Assembly (NCBI GenBank): GCA_044224875.1 | Contig: JBGAJQ010000004.1 | Span: 32,001 to 96,000, forward strand | Reading direction: 5' to 3' | Origin: Gemmatimonadaceae bacterium | GTDB taxonomy: Bacteria > Gemmatimonadota > Gemmatimonadetes > Gemmatimonadales > Gemmatimonadaceae | DNA: 64,000 nt | Part shown: positions 29,883-43,800 of the stretch, in pieces | Numbering within the stretch: position 1 is the first letter of the stretch | How the letters are laid out: each line of letters begins with the position of its first letter | The notes under the pieces: model-generated | What the model was told of the DNA's origin: nothing | The model's database searches: none | What the model saw: the letters and a program-made list of their open reading frames with translations, nothing else | Position numbers and translations under genes: made by a program

Positions 29883-30671
29883 GTGATGAAACGCGTCGCT
29901 GCACTCTACGACATCCACGGTAATTTGCCGGCCCTGGACGCCGTGCTCCGAGACGTGCGTGCGGAACGTGTGGACGCCGTGGTGATCGGCGGCGATGTGT
30001 TGCCGGGCCCCATGCCGAACGAATGCCTGCAGCGCCTGTTGGAGCTGGACGTTCCGACGCACAGCGTGCATGGCAACGGCGACCTGGCTATCCTCGCGCA
30101 GCTCGAGGGATCTCGCTCGGGCACCGTGTCATACTGGGGCACCACGTCCGGCGCGCGCCCGCCGGACAGCGTCGTGGCCGCGTTCCAATGGTGCGCCGGC
30201 GCGCTCCATCCCGACTATGAATCAGTCATCGCCGCTTGGCCACGTACGTTGGAGCTGGAGGTCGAAGGCGTGGGGAGGGTCCTGTTCTCGCACAGCACGC
30301 CCAGGAGCGAGACGGAAGGCTTTACGAAGCTGACGCCTGACGAGCGCCTGAGGCCGATTTTCGAGCCGCTCGATGCCAACCTCTTTGTCGGCGGGCACAC
30401 CCACATGCAGTTCGACCGGGCGGTGAGCTCCAAACGCGTCGTCAACGCGGGAAGCGTCGGCATGCCGTTCGGTGATCCCGGCGCCTATTGGTTGCTCCTG
30501 GGCCCTGAGGTACAACTTCGCCGAACGTCATACGATCTCGAAGCCGCGGCGGCCAGAATTCGCTCGACCGATTATCCCGGTGCGGACGCGTTCGCGACCG
30601 GAAACGTACTGAACCCGCCTTCCGAAGAGACGATGCTCAAGGCCTTCGCGGCATTTGAGCTGAGCCCCTGA
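29883..30671 (+). CDS. Metallophosphoesterase
   Basis: DIHGN, GD, GNGD, GHTH, NAGSVG. Confidence 0.92.
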   Translation: MMKRVAALYDIHGNLPALDAVLRDVRAERVDAVVIGGDVLPGPMPNECLQRLLELDVPTHSVHGNGDLAILAQLEGSRSGTVSYWGTTSGARPPDSVVAAFQWCAGALHPDYESVIAAWPRTLELEVEGVGRVLFSHSTPRSETEGFTKLTPDERLRPIFEPLDANLFVGGHTHMQFDRAVSSKRVVNAGSVGMPFGDPGAYWLLLGPEVQLRRTSYDLEAAAARIRSTDYPGADAFATGNVLNPPSEETMLKAFAAFELSP

Positions 30672-30701
30672 GCGGGGTGGTCTCATGTGCCGCGCGCACA
30701 T

Positions 30702-31589
30702 CTACCAGTCCCGCACCACCTCGCGGACGCATTCCACAAACACTTCGGCCGCGGCAGATCGCGTTGCGCCTCGTCGCCATACCGCGACGATCTCACGATG
30801 CAGGTCATGTTCCTTGAGCGCGACGTATGCGCATTGCGGCGTGTTGTGCCGAGAAGCCGCGATCGCCGGCACGATCGACACCCCGACACCCGCCCCCACC
30901 AGCTCCAACACGGTCGCCAGCTGCGAACTCCGGCACACCACGGTCGGACTCACTCCGGCACTCGAGCAAAAGCCAGCGACCTGCGCGCCCAGACAGTGCG
31001 CGGGATCCAGGGTCACGGTTGGTGCTTCGCGCAGCTGCGCCAGCGTCATGCGTCCTGTTCGCGCCGCGGCGTGCGACGCGGGTACGGCGACCATCAGTCG
31101 ATCGGTGCCGAGTAGTTCCGTTTCCAGATGGTCGAAGTCGTGCGGAAGCGCGGCGATCGCAACGTCGATTTCGCCATCGAGCAACAACCGAGCGAGCACG
31201 GCGCTGTAATCCTCTCGCAACTCCACGCGCACGTGGTCCTGACGCGCCCGCAGGCGCCTCAGGGCGTCGGGCAACACATACGGTGCAATTGTGGGAATTG
31301 CGCCGATCGTCAGGGTCCTCACGTGCGCGCGATCGTTGCGCCGCACCGCTTCCTCGGTTGCGCGCACTTCATCAAGGATCTTGCGGGCCCTTGGGTACAG
31401 TGTCTTCCCAGCGTCGGTCAGCGCGATTCCGCGACCATGCCGCTGGAACAGTCGCGCGCCGAGCTGTGCCTCCAGTCGCTTGACCTGAAGCGTGAGCGAT
31501 GGCTGCGACAAGCGGAGCTTCCGCGCGGCCTGACTGAGGGAACCAGCGTCCGCGACCTCGAGGAAGGCTCGCAAGAGGGTAACGTCCAT
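30702..31589 (-). CDS. oxyR: OxyR-like LysR family regulator
   Basis: LysR HTH; HCLGAQVAGFC matches the OxyR C-x8-C redox pair; divergent from katG. Confidence 0.85.
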   Translation of the reverse strand: MDVTLLRAFLEVADAGSLSQAARKLRLSQPSLTLQVKRLEAQLGARLFQRHGRGIALTDAGKTLYPRARKILDEVRATEEAVRRNDRAHVRTLTIGAIPTIAPYVLPDALRRLRARQDHVRVELREDYSAVLARLLLDGEIDVAIAALPHDFDHLETELLGTDRLMVAVPASHAAARTGRMTLAQLREAPTVTLDPAHCLGAQVAGFCSSAGVSPTVVCRSSQLATVLELVGAGVGVSIVPAIAASRHNTPQCAYVALKEHDLHREIVAVWRRGATRSAAAEVFVECVREVVRDW

Positions 31590-31594
31590 GACCT

Positions 31595-31643
31595 ATAAGA
31601 AAATGCTATGAGTGACATAGGGCAAATCACGATTGTTGTCTAT
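31595..31643. promoter_or_regulatory. OxyR-type operator
   Basis: ATAA-N7-CTAT-N7-ATAG-N7-CACG followed by CTAT at 31640, compared with consensus ATAG-N7-CTAT-N7-ATAG-N7-CTAT. Confidence 0.7.
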
Positions 31644-31704
31644 GGGCCGCCGTCCTAGAGTTCGCGCGTTGGCAGGGACTCGAACACCGAAACGGAGATG
31701 GTGA

Positions 31705-33933
<2,229 letters not shown>

Positions 33934-33981
33934 CGCGCAGCGCGTCGTGCGCCGGCGGCTCACCTCCCCGGTGCACGACGT

Positions 33982-35379
33982 TCACTTGCGAACGTGACGT
34001 GCCGCGGCGTCAATAATCGCCTGCGCCGATCGCTCGGCGTCGTCACGAGTCGTCGCCCACGATGACACACTGATACGCATGGCCGCTCGCCCCTGCCACC
34101 GCGTGCCGCCACACCAGCAGGTGCCATCGGATTGAACCGCCGCAATCACCGCGGCGGTCGTCGCGTCGTCGCCAACGTCGACCAGCACCTGATTGAGCTC
34201 CACATCGTTCAAGATCGAGAGCCCGGCGGCGGCCAGCCGATCGGCGATCAACGCGGCCATGTCGCAACAACTGCGTACAAGGGCGGCGAGCCCGTCCCGG
34301 CCAAGGAATCGATAGGCAGCCCAGACGTCAAAGGACCTCGCGCGACGCGAGCCATCGGGCGAATGGTGCATCGGGTCGTAGATGCCCGACGGTGGCAGGT
34401 ACGCGGCGGAGAAGGCCATCGCCGCACGCAAGGCCCGCTCGTCGCGCACCAGGGCGATGCCGCAGTCGTACGGCACGTTCAGCATCTTGTGCCCATCGGT
34501 CGCCCAGGAGTCCGCCAGCTCATACCCGGCGGCCAAGTGAGCGCGCCCCGGTTCGGCCCGCGCCCAAATGCCAAACGCTCCATCCACATGGATCCAGGCG
34601 CCCACGCGGCTTCGCCACTCGGCCATTGCCGCCACTGGGTCGAACGCACCGGTGTTGACGTTGCCTGCCTGCACACACAGGATCACCGGGCCCGAAACCG
34701 CCGGGAGCCGGTCGGGGCGCATCCGCCCTTGTCCATCCACCGGCACACGGACGACCCGGTCACGCCCCAGGCCAATGAAGCCTAACGTGCGGACGACGGC
34801 CGTGTGAACTTCTTCACCGACCACGACGGTGATTGGCGGTGCCCCGAAGAGCCCGTCAGCTTCCACGTTCCAGCCCGCGCGTTCGAGGACAGCATGCCGG
34901 GCCGCGAGGAGCCCCGTGAGATTCGCCATCGAGGCGCCGCCTACCAGTGCCCCCGTGGTCGCTGGCAGGTCGAGCGCCTCGGCGGTCCACCGAAGCACCT
35001 GTTCCTCCAGCGTGGCGCCCGCCGGTGACATCACATGAAGCGCCACATTCTGGTTCCAGGCCGACGCCAGCCAGTTGGCGGCGAGTGTCACGGGGAGCGA
35101 GCTGCCATTGACGAATCCGAAGTAGCGGCCCCCCGCCATGGCCACGGTGGCTGGTCCGGCGACGGCGTCGAGCTGCGCCAGGACCTCGTGCGCGGGCAGG
35201 CCGTCCTGAGGCAAGGGGCCGCCTAACGACGTGAGGCGCGCCACGGCGTCGGCTGGCGGCGCAACTGAACGGTCGTTGACGTGCTCGCGGTACTGGATGC
35301 CACGTTCGGCGGCGTCAAGCAGCAAGGCCCGCCATGCGGCCGCGGTGGGGGCGATCGCTTCCCCAAGAGGAGCAGTCAT
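33982..35379 (-). CDS. PLP-dependent group II amino acid decarboxylase
   Basis: YFGFVNG, HVDGAFG, WATDGHKMLNVPYDCG. Confidence 0.9.
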   Translation of the reverse strand: MTAPLGEAIAPTAAAWRALLLDAAERGIQYREHVNDRSVAPPADAVARLTSLGGPLPQDGLPAHEVLAQLDAVAGPATVAMAGGRYFGFVNGSSLPVTLAANWLASAWNQNVALHVMSPAGATLEEQVLRWTAEALDLPATTGALVGGASMANLTGLLAARHAVLERAGWNVEADGLFGAPPITVVVGEEVHTAVVRTLGFIGLGRDRVVRVPVDGQGRMRPDRLPAVSGPVILCVQAGNVNTGAFDPVAAMAEWRSRVGAWIHVDGAFGIWARAEPGRAHLAAGYELADSWATDGHKMLNVPYDCGIALVRDERALRAAMAFSAAYLPPSGIYDPMHHSPDGSRRARSFDVWAAYRFLGRDGLAALVRSCCDMAALIADRLAAAGLSILNDVELNQVLVDVGDDATTAAVIAAVQSDGTCWCGGTRWQGRAAMRISVSSWATTRDDAERSAQAIIDAAARHVRK

Positions 35380-35460
35380 ATCAGGTCCATGTGACAGGTT
35401 CAAGACACGGGGGCGTGCGCACGACAACGGCCAAACATCCCAGTTGCCGCTGACGAGCCA

Positions 35461-37869
35461 CTAGAGTGTCGCCTGGGAGTCGCGATCGCTCGCGACAAGG
35501 GGCGGGCCCAAGCGCATGCGCTCCAACACGGCGGCAAACCGAGGGTCGCGCCACGCCTTCATGAAAAACGGGTTGCTGCGCATGCTGTGCATCAAATCGG
35601 CCCGTTCATCCACGCCGCGGTTCAGCCAGGCGTACATCTGTTCCTGGTCGCCCAGCAACAGATAGAAGAGCGCCATCCACAGCGGGGTCACGTCAGGCGA
35701 CCGGACGCGCTCCCTCGCGAACGTCCGCGCTTCCTCCAGCCGCCCGACCCCGTGGTACACGATGGCCAAGAGCCCGCGAAAGGCCGGCGCGTTCTGGCTG
35801 GCGGCGTAGGTCTCCTCGGCCAGACGCACCGCGTCGTCAAACCTCCCGAGGTCCACATACGCCTTGGACAGCCAGAAGAAGTGCCCGTGGAGGACACCGG
35901 GCTCCATCGCCATGGCGCGCTCGAGCGTGACGGCCGCCTGTTCATGCCGACGGGCGAACGAGTACGCCATCCCCAGTCGCACGGTTGCCGCGATGGACAG
36001 CGGATCGAGCGCGGCCCCCTGCAGGGCCAAGGCGATCGCCTCCTCATGACGCGCCATGCTCGAGAGGAAGGAGGAATACCAGAGGCGAGCGGTCGAATAG
36101 CTCGGGTTAAGGCGGATAGCCGTTCGGAACTCCTGCTCGGCGCCCTCCCAGTCCCACTCGTAGTTGAGCCTGACGAGCCCGAGGGACGCATGGCCGTCGG
36201 CGAGGTCGGGGTCGAGGGCGATGGCATGAAGGGCGGCTTCCCGCGCCGCCGGGTACGCCACGTGCGGCGCGGTCGCGCTGGTGGAGGCAAGGAGCGTGTG
36301 AGAGTCCGCCAGCCCCGCGTGGGCCGGCGCATAGCTCGGATCGGCGTCGATCGCTCGTTGAAAGCAGGCCAGGCCTTCGAGCAGGGAGGCCCGCGTCCGC
36401 TTATTCCACGCATAACGACCCAACAGGTACTGATCGTATGCCGTGAGACTTCGGGCGTGGTGTGCGTGCACCGGCGTAACCGTCCCGCTGGCACCGAGGG
36501 CCTCGCGCACAGTCGACGTGATGCGGCGGGTCAGGTTGTCCTGGACCTCGAAGACGTCGGACAAGGTGCGCTCGTACGTCTCCGACCACACCAGCGTATC
36601 GTCAGCGACGCGCGACAACTCCGCGGTGAGCCGCATGCGGTCGCCGGCACGGCGCACGCTCCCGGTGAGGACGTATCCCACGCGAAGGCGCGCCCCGATT
36701 TCCGGAAGCGCCAGCGCCGTGTTGCGGAATGAAAACGCAGAGGTCCGCGAGACGACGCGGAGCTTTGGAAGGCGAGAGATGGCGGCGATGAGCTCGTCCG
36801 TGATGCCGTCACTGAAGAAATCGTTGGCGCTGTCCCCTCCGACGTTCGCAAACGGCAAAATGGCGAGGGCCAGACGCGCGTCGGTGGACTCGGGCGCCGG
36901 CGGTGTGTGCGCGGATCCGCCTAACGCCGCGCGAAGTGCCTCTCCAAAGCTGGCCGTCGTCGACCAGCGATCGGATGCCATCTTCGCCAGGGCACGGTCC
37001 AGCGTAGCGGCGAGCGACGCCGAGACGTCAGGGCGGCGCCCAGTGATGGGGGCCGGCGACTCGGTGATCTGGCGCGCGAGGATCGACCGCGGCGTCCCGA
37101 CGTACGCCGGGCTCCCGGCGAGCATCTCGTACAGTACCAATGCCAGGCTGTACTGGTCGGACGCGGGCTCGATGTGCTCCTCACCGGCCGCCTGTTCAGG
37201 GCTCATGTATCCAGGTGTGCCTAACCAAAATCCGGCCTGGGTCAAACGGTCGCCGTGCGAGCTGGCGAGCGCCGCACCCTGGACAATGGAAGCGATGCCG
37301 AAATCGCAGACGACCGCGTGGCCCCGCCAGAGCATGATGTTTTCGGGCTTGATGTCGCGGTGTACGACCCCTTGGGCGTGCGCATACGCCAAGGCGTCGG
37401 CGACCTCGATCGTCACGCGCAAGGCCTCGTCAATCGGCAATGGCCCGGCAAGCATCATACGATCCCGCAGCGTCTCCCCGTCCACGAACGGCATGACGAA
37501 GTACAGCACGCCCGCGGCGACACCCGAATCGTGCAACGGCAGGATTAGTGGGTGTTGCAGCCGCGCGACCAGCTTGATTTCGCGTTCGAAGCGTTCGGCA
37601 TCCGCGGCAATCTCGGCCTCGGCCCGCAGGAGCTTCAGCGCGACGGGCCGCTCATTGCGCTTGTCATGCGCCAGGAAAACGGTGGCCATGCCGCCGGCGC
37701 CAATCTGACGCTCGAGCGTGAATCGAGGCGACAGCGCGGCAAGGACCTCGGGATCGACGGCGAGGTCGGGTGACGGGAAAGGGGAGGGCGATGAGTGCAC
37801 GTGGGGTGAATGCAAACATCTGCGCGGAACGGGCGCCGTCCAGAGGGCGGCGCGATCTCGATTGCTCAC
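35461..37869 (-). CDS. Ser/Thr protein kinase with TolB_N-like and TPR domains (no obvious transmembrane segment)
   Basis: GAGGMA, VALK, HRDIKPEN, DFG, GTPGYMSPEQ; LAILPFAN...FSDGITDE; TPRs; true start probably near 37800. Confidence 0.93.
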   Translation of the reverse strand: MSNRDRAALWTAPVPRRCLHSPHVHSSPSPFPSPDLAVDPEVLAALSPRFTLERQIGAGGMATVFLAHDKRNERPVALKLLRAEAEIAADAERFEREIKLVARLQHPLILPLHDSGVAAGVLYFVMPFVDGETLRDRMMLAGPLPIDEALRVTIEVADALAYAHAQGVVHRDIKPENIMLWRGHAVVCDFGIASIVQGAALASSHGDRLTQAGFWLGTPGYMSPEQAAGEEHIEPASDQYSLALVLYEMLAGSPAYVGTPRSILARQITESPAPITGRRPDVSASLAATLDRALAKMASDRWSTTASFGEALRAALGGSAHTPPAPESTDARLALAILPFANVGGDSANDFFSDGITDELIAAISRLPKLRVVSRTSAFSFRNTALALPEIGARLRVGYVLTGSVRRAGDRMRLTAELSRVADDTLVWSETYERTLSDVFEVQDNLTRRITSTVREALGASGTVTPVHAHHARSLTAYDQYLLGRYAWNKRTRASLLEGLACFQRAIDADPSYAPAHAGLADSHTLLASTSATAPHVAYPAAREAALHAIALDPDLADGHASLGLVRLNYEWDWEGAEQEFRTAIRLNPSYSTARLWYSSFLSSMARHEEAIALALQGAALDPLSIAATVRLGMAYSFARRHEQAAVTLERAMAMEPGVLHGHFFWLSKAYVDLGRFDDAVRLAEETYAASQNAPAFRGLLAIVYHGVGRLEEARTFARERVRSPDVTPLWMALFYLLLGDQEQMYAWLNRGVDERADLMHSMRSNPFFMKAWRDPRFAAVLERMRLGPPLVASDRDSQATL

Positions 37870-37870
37870 C

Positions 37871-38656
37871 CTACCGGCCGAGCAGCGTCCGCAACCGCGC
37901 GCTATGCGCCGCGCTGGTCGTCAGCCGCGACCGGTCGCACATCGTGAGCGCGAACTCGCCGTGCGTGTGCGGCTCGATTGACGCAACCCGATCGATATTC
38001 ACGATCGCCGACCGATGCACGCGAACGAACACGGCGGGGTCCAATTTCGTCTCCATGGCCGTCATCGTCTCGCGGAGCAGGTACACGCGACCCTGCACGT
38101 GCAGGCTCACGTAGTTCCCGTCCGCCTCCAGCCAGTCGATGTCCTCCACCCGCACGAATTGCATCTGACGGCCACGGCGAACCGGAAAGCGCGACGGACG
38201 TGGCGTCCCGGAACTCAAGGACCGGAGCGCCTGTGCCAGCGCGCTATCGACCGTCCCCGAGCCGGCCTCCGTTCGCAGACGCTGGAGGGCAACGCGGTCA
38301 CTGGCCGAGGCGAGTGCCTTGTCGAATCGCGCCTGATCGAACGGCTTCAGCAGGTAGTCGAGTGCGCCGACTTCGAAGGCCTTGATCGCATACTCGTCGT
38401 ATGCCGTGACAAACACGACCGCCGGGTGCGGCGCGTCCATCGCACCAAGCGCATCGATCACCTCAAAGCCATTCAACTCCGGCATCTTGATGTCGAGAAA
38501 GACGACGTCGGGGGCTTGAGCAACCAACAGCTCCACCGTAGACGCGCCGTCCTCCGCCTCGCCAACGATCGTGCAGTTCGCGTGTGACGCGAGCATTGCG
38601 CGTAAGCGGGCACGCGCGGGCGGTTCATCGTCGGCAATCAGCACGCGAAGCATCAT
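37871..38656 (-). CDS. LytTR family response regulator
   Basis: ADDEP, FLDIKMP, FVTAYD, DYLLKP, FVRVHRS. Confidence 0.95.
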   Translation of the reverse strand: MMLRVLIADDEPPARARLRAMLASHANCTIVGEAEDGASTVELLVAQAPDVVFLDIKMPELNGFEVIDALGAMDAPHPAVVFVTAYDEYAIKAFEVGALDYLLKPFDQARFDKALASASDRVALQRLRTEAGSGTVDSALAQALRSLSSGTPRPSRFPVRRGRQMQFVRVEDIDWLEADGNYVSLHVQGRVYLLRETMTAMETKLDPAVFVRVHRSAIVNIDRVASIEPHTHGEFALTMCDRSRLTTSAAHSARLRTLLGR

Positions 38657-39753
38657 GGCCCCGCCAAGGGAAGCCGAACGGTCACGTTCGTGCCGCCATC
38701 GGGCCGCGCGGCGAGCGCGAGGGATTGACGATCTCCATACAAGTGCTCGAGTCGGCGACGGGTGTTGTTGAGGCCTACCCCCTCGCTGAAGGCTTGGGAG
38801 GTCGTGAGTCCGACACCGTCGTCGCTCACTGTGAGCTCCAACGTGTCGCCGACGATCGCCGCGTGGATGCCAATCTGACCGGCCCCCGCGCGCCGCCCAA
38901 GTCCGTGTTCGAACGCGTTTTCCAGCAACGGTTGGAGCAGGAATTGAGGTACCCTCGCGGCCAACGTCTCCGGCGGGGTGTCGCGGTGCAGGGTAAGACG
39001 CCCGTTGAATCGCGCTTCCATGATGCCGAGGTACTTGTTGGCGAGCGACAACTCGTCAGCTAGTGGAATGGTCTTCGCCGCGTCGTGGTCGAGCGATGAG
39101 CGGAGCAGGTCGGCCAGCTGTACGACGACAAAGTCGGCGGTGGCCGGCGCCGTGTGAATGAGCGACGCCACGCCGTTCAGCGTGTTGAAGAGAAAGTGCG
39201 GCCGCAGCTGGCTCTTGAGGACCTGCAATTCGGCCTCCGACAACTGAGCGCGCAGTTGCAGCGCGAGCTGCTCACGCTGGCGCAAGGTATCTTGCAGCTC
39301 CAACGCATGGATGACCGCCGTCACGCCCCACAGAACAATCAGGTCAAACAGGAAGCTCGAGAGAAAGACACTGGCGAGCGTCAAGTTGGGCGCGAAACCG
39401 ACCAGCCGCGCGATACCGACGAACAGGAAGCACTTGAGCACGACGCAGGCGGTCGTCACCGCGGCGTAAACCGGCAACGTGAAGCTCCGCGGGTGCGCGT
39501 TCAACGGCACGTGGCGCACCAACCAGAAGCACACCGGCGTGAAGATGGCGCAGGTGTACCAGTCGAGTAGGCGTTCCGGTATGACGGATCCCCACGCCAC
39601 CGCTTCGCCACGCCGACTGAGCGCGATGCCGAGCTGCGCGATCGATGCCAGGGCAAACAGCGTCCACGCGCCAAAGATCCACCAACCCCACTGACGGCGG
39701 GGTGGAGCGGGAAGGATCGCAGAGGGCAGGGGCGTGGACACGGCGGTCATCAC
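38653..39753 (-). CDS. LytS-family membrane sensor histidine kinase
   Basis: Transmembrane helices; QLRPHFLFNTLN, LQPLLENAFEHG, DDGVG, GVGLNN. Confidence 0.93.
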   Translation of the reverse strand: MMTAVSTPLPSAILPAPPRRQWGWWIFGAWTLFALASIAQLGIALSRRGEAVAWGSVIPERLLDWYTCAIFTPVCFWLVRHVPLNAHPRSFTLPVYAAVTTACVVLKCFLFVGIARLVGFAPNLTLASVFLSSFLFDLIVLWGVTAVIHALELQDTLRQREQLALQLRAQLSEAELQVLKSQLRPHFLFNTLNGVASLIHTAPATADFVVVQLADLLRSSLDHDAAKTIPLADELSLANKYLGIMEARFNGRLTLHRDTPPETLAARVPQFLLQPLLENAFEHGLGRRAGAGQIGIHAAIVGDTLELTVSDDGVGLTTSQAFSEGVGLNNTRRRLEHLYGDRQSLALAARPDGGTNVTVRLPLAGP

Positions 39754-39871
39754 CTAGCCTACCAAGCGGCATCCGCTCCGGCCAGCGGCGCTGGGACGAT
39801 TCAGCCTTGGCGCGTGACGAGCGTTGAAGCGGGCAAAGGTCCAACGTCACTCGTGTTTCGCGCGAGAGCGG

Positions 39872-40726
39872 CTAGACCATGACCGAGCGAGCGGCGAGCA
39901 GAGGCGCGGTCAGTTCTTGTGGCCCCTGAACCACCAACCCGTGACGCCGTGTCGGTTCCGTCAGCCCATTGTAGAACAAGCGCCAGAGCGCGTCGGGTGT
40001 TGCGCTGACCACGGCATCCGGCGCAGACGCTTCCCCATGATACAGTCGCCAGGTCTCCACTTCTCGTACGAGCGTCCAGGCGAGCGGATCCGAGCTTGTG
40101 AGGCGCAGCACGATACACGAGCCGCCAGCCGCAACGACGTGCCGGTACGCGTGGGGGAGCACCCGGACGGATGTCTCCAACAGTGGCCGAAGGAACTCAC
40201 GTGCGAGCAGGACTTCCGGCCGATTGCCGCCCACGGCGTCCCGGATCTGCATCTGATGGTGCCAGCGCTCGGTGTACTCACGCGCCGTGTCAAATCGATT
40301 GTCGGAAACCGATTCCCCCGCCCACGCGACGCCGAACAACGCGGGCGCCTCCGGGTCGAGCGACGCGAGAAACGTACTCAGCCATTGGCCCGTGAGGTCG
40401 ACGAGATCGATGAGCAATCGACGACTGAGGCGCTGGCCAAACGCGACACCCGTAGAATTCAACCGGTGGATGAGTGTCAACACGTCGTCGTAGGCGGAGA
40501 CGGGGCCATCGGGCCCGAGTGCGTGACCATCCCGGTGAGCTGCCAGCGTGCGCAGTGCTCCGTCCAGCAGATGGGCGACCACATCACGCACACGCCAACC
40601 GCCAGCAACCGTCGGCAGCTCCCAATCTTCGGGGGCGAGCTCGCGGAGCAGCTGGACGAGTCTGCTATGAAGCGCGGGGAAGAGCGGCGCCGTATCCAAC
40701 GTTGGAAGTGCCATGAGTTCGGTCAT
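39872..40726 (-). CDS. DinB/maleylpyruvate isomerase N-terminal domain protein
   Basis: WRVRDVVAHL and EYTERWHHQMQIRDA. Confidence 0.85.
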   Translation of the reverse strand: MTELMALPTLDTAPLFPALHSRLVQLLRELAPEDWELPTVAGGWRVRDVVAHLLDGALRTLAAHRDGHALGPDGPVSAYDDVLTLIHRLNSTGVAFGQRLSRRLLIDLVDLTGQWLSTFLASLDPEAPALFGVAWAGESVSDNRFDTAREYTERWHHQMQIRDAVGGNRPEVLLAREFLRPLLETSVRVLPHAYRHVVAAGGSCIVLRLTSSDPLAWTLVREVETWRLYHGEASAPDAVVSATPDALWRLFYNGLTEPTRRHGLVVQGPQELTAPLLAARSVMV

Positions 40727-40879
40727 GGCCGCAACGTCGCCTGCCACGTGTCGCCTGCGCAAGCCTTGGTTCGCCGCACACTTCTGCCCTGCGTGCGGGC
40801 CCAGTAACATATCGCGTCTGGCGTCGCACGTGGTGGCGCTGGCCGAACGTCAACGTGGGTTTCGATCCAAGGGGGTCCT

Positions 40880-43800
40880 GTGAGCTTACTGCACAGACAT
40901 TGGGTGCGGCGTCGCGCGGTGTATGGCACGCTAACGGCGTTAGGGCTGGTCCTATGCGCAACTGGTCGTCGCTTGCAGGCGCAGGCGCAAGCCACCACGG
41001 GCATCGTCCGCGGGACCGTCACGGACTCCAGTGGCGTCGCGTTAAGCAACGCGACGGTGATGCTAAGGAATCAGGAGACGAACGTGTCGCGTACGGTTCG
41101 GACGTCGAGTGCCGGACTCTACGTCGCCACGCTCCTGCCACTCGGCTCGTACGAGGTCACCGTTCGGGCGCTTGGATTCGAACCCACATCGCGCAAGGAC
41201 ATCCAGGTGCGGGTTGGCGTGGTCGTTGAACAGTCCTTTCAGGTTGCCAGGCGGGTGACCGAGCTTGCCGCGGTGCGGATCAGCGATCGATCGGAAGCCC
41301 CGGTCAACGTCAGCCGGACGGAGGCCGCGACGGAGCTGTCGGAACAGGTGGTCCGGGCACTCCCCAACAACGGCCGGAATTTCCTGGCACTGACGCTTCT
41401 CACGCCTAACGTGGCCGTGACTCAGGGGCCGGACGGCGATGTGCTTTCGGTCGCAGGCCAGCGCGGCATCTTCAACAACGTCAGCGTGGACGGAGCCGAC
41501 TTCAACAACCCCTTCTTCGGCGAGCAGCGCGGCGGACAGCGGCCGGCATTCACGTTCAACCTGGATGCCGTGCAAGAGCTGGTAGTGACGAGCCAGGGTG
41601 CCAACGCCGAGTTCGGCCGCTCCGCCGGTGGGTTCGTGAATGCCATCACCAAGAGCGGCACCAACACGCTCAAGGGCACGCTGCACTACTTCGGCAAGTA
41701 CTCGGCCCTGTCCGGACAGCTCAAGCGCAACGGGGTCACACTCGATCCTGACTTCGGCCAGAATCAGTTCGGGTTCACGCTGGGTGGCCCTATCGTGAAG
41801 GACAAGGCGTTCTTCTTCATGGCCTATGATCAGCAGACGTATCAGGACACCAAGCAGAAGGTCCGACCCGCCAGCGCTGCCTTTGATTCCCTGAAGTCCT
41901 TTCTGGGGTCGACCGGAGCGGCGTGGAATGGCGCCCTGACGAACGACTTTGGCCCGATAAAGCGCACCAACGACGCTCAGGTCTTCCTTGCGAAGCTGGA
42001 TTGGCGGCTCAGCGACCGGAATCTGTTGTCCGTCAAGTACAACTTCACCAATTCCGAACAGAAGAACGGCACGTTCGATGTCGACACGTGGGGCGCCAGC
42101 GCAAACGCCATTGAGAAGGACCATTCCCACGCGCTGAGCGGGCAACTCACGTCGCAGCTCTCCAACAGTGTCTCGAACGAGTTCCGCTTCCAGTTCGCCC
42201 GGGAGGACCGCCCGCGTGACTATGACGCCCCCACGCTGCCGAATGGGCGTGATTTCCCGGATATCGCCATGGACTTCGTCAACGCGTTCCGCATTGGACG
42301 CCCGTTCTTCATCCCCGTGGAATACTACGATACGCGCGTTCAACTGCTGAACAACGTGACGTGGGTGAAGGGCAATCACTTGATCAAGGCCGGCGGTGAG
42401 GTCAATGCCGTCAGTTCAAATCAGACGTTCATCGGCTTTGCCAACGGGCGCTTCATATTCTCCAGCGTTACCGGTTTCATCAACTACGCACGGAACGGCA
42501 ACGGCTACGTGGAGTGCTCGAACAACACCACCAGCCTCACGGGCTCTTGCCCGAATGGCGCGTCAATCACCGGTCCGGTGTTGTTGTACCTGCAGCAAGC
42601 CGGGGTCGGCGGGCGGACTGTGGAGGAGTCGGGGACTCAGGACATTCCGCAGACCGATCTGGCGCTCTTCCTTCAGGACACTTGGAAGCCCTCACCACGC
42701 CTGACGATTAACTACGGGATCCGCTGGGAGGGTGAGAAGCAGCCCGATGTCTTGACCGATCCAAGTCAGGTGTTCTTCGCGCCGTTCATTGGGCAGACCG
42801 TGACCAACTCGAAGGGGACCTTCGCCTTTCCGTCGAACGGCAAGATCCCGTCCGACTACGGCATGATCCAACCACGGCTCGGCATCGCGTGGGATGTAAG
42901 GGGGAACGGATCCGAAGTCGTCCGGGTGACCGCCGGTCAGTACAACGCCCGCGTGGCTGCGCTCAACTTTGCATCGGTGCGCAACAACAACGGATCGATC
43001 GGCCAAACGATGTTTCGAAACTCCGCCCTGACGGGGGTGCTGGGCGCACCACCGCGCATCGAGGACCTGCTGCCCGCGCCCGGCGCCAATGACGTGCCCT
43101 TTCAGCCCGGCATCTTTGTCGTCGACAAGAACTTCCGGAATCCCCGCACGTTCTCTACGACGGCAGGATACGAACGAACCATCGGAACGCGAGGTCTCAC
43201 GGGTGCCGTGAGCTACACTTTCGCCCACAGCGACCGGCTCACCCGCTTCGTCGACCGAAATGACGCAGCCTTTGGCAACCCGTGGTCATCGGGACTGCCA
43301 AATGGCAATGGACTCGGTACGCTCACGACCGTGGAAAGCTCGGCGAACAGCATCTACAACGGCATCACGCTCAACCTCGCCAGGCGCAACGCAGAGAACT
43401 GGCTGTTTGATCTGAACTACACGCTGTCGTGGGACAAGTCGGACGATGACAACGAACGCGACCCATTCACCTTTCGTTATGCACGCGCCGACCGGCTTGA
43501 CGCTGAGTGGGGATACAGCGATCGCGACCAGCGGCATCGCTTCAACGGATATCTGCTCAACAAGCTGCCAGGGCGCGTGCTGCTGAACAACCGAGTCACA
43601 TACACGTCAGCGCAGCCGATGTCCGAGTCGTGCGGCGATGGCACGAACGGCACGGTGGCCAACCAGCCCACGGGGCAGCGCGCAACGTCAGGTGCAGCGC
43701 GTCTCTGCCCGAATGGCACCATCCTCGAACGCAACACGCTGCGACGCGACAATGCCTACTTCACGTGGGACCTGCGCCTCTCTCGGGTAATCCCCGTTCG

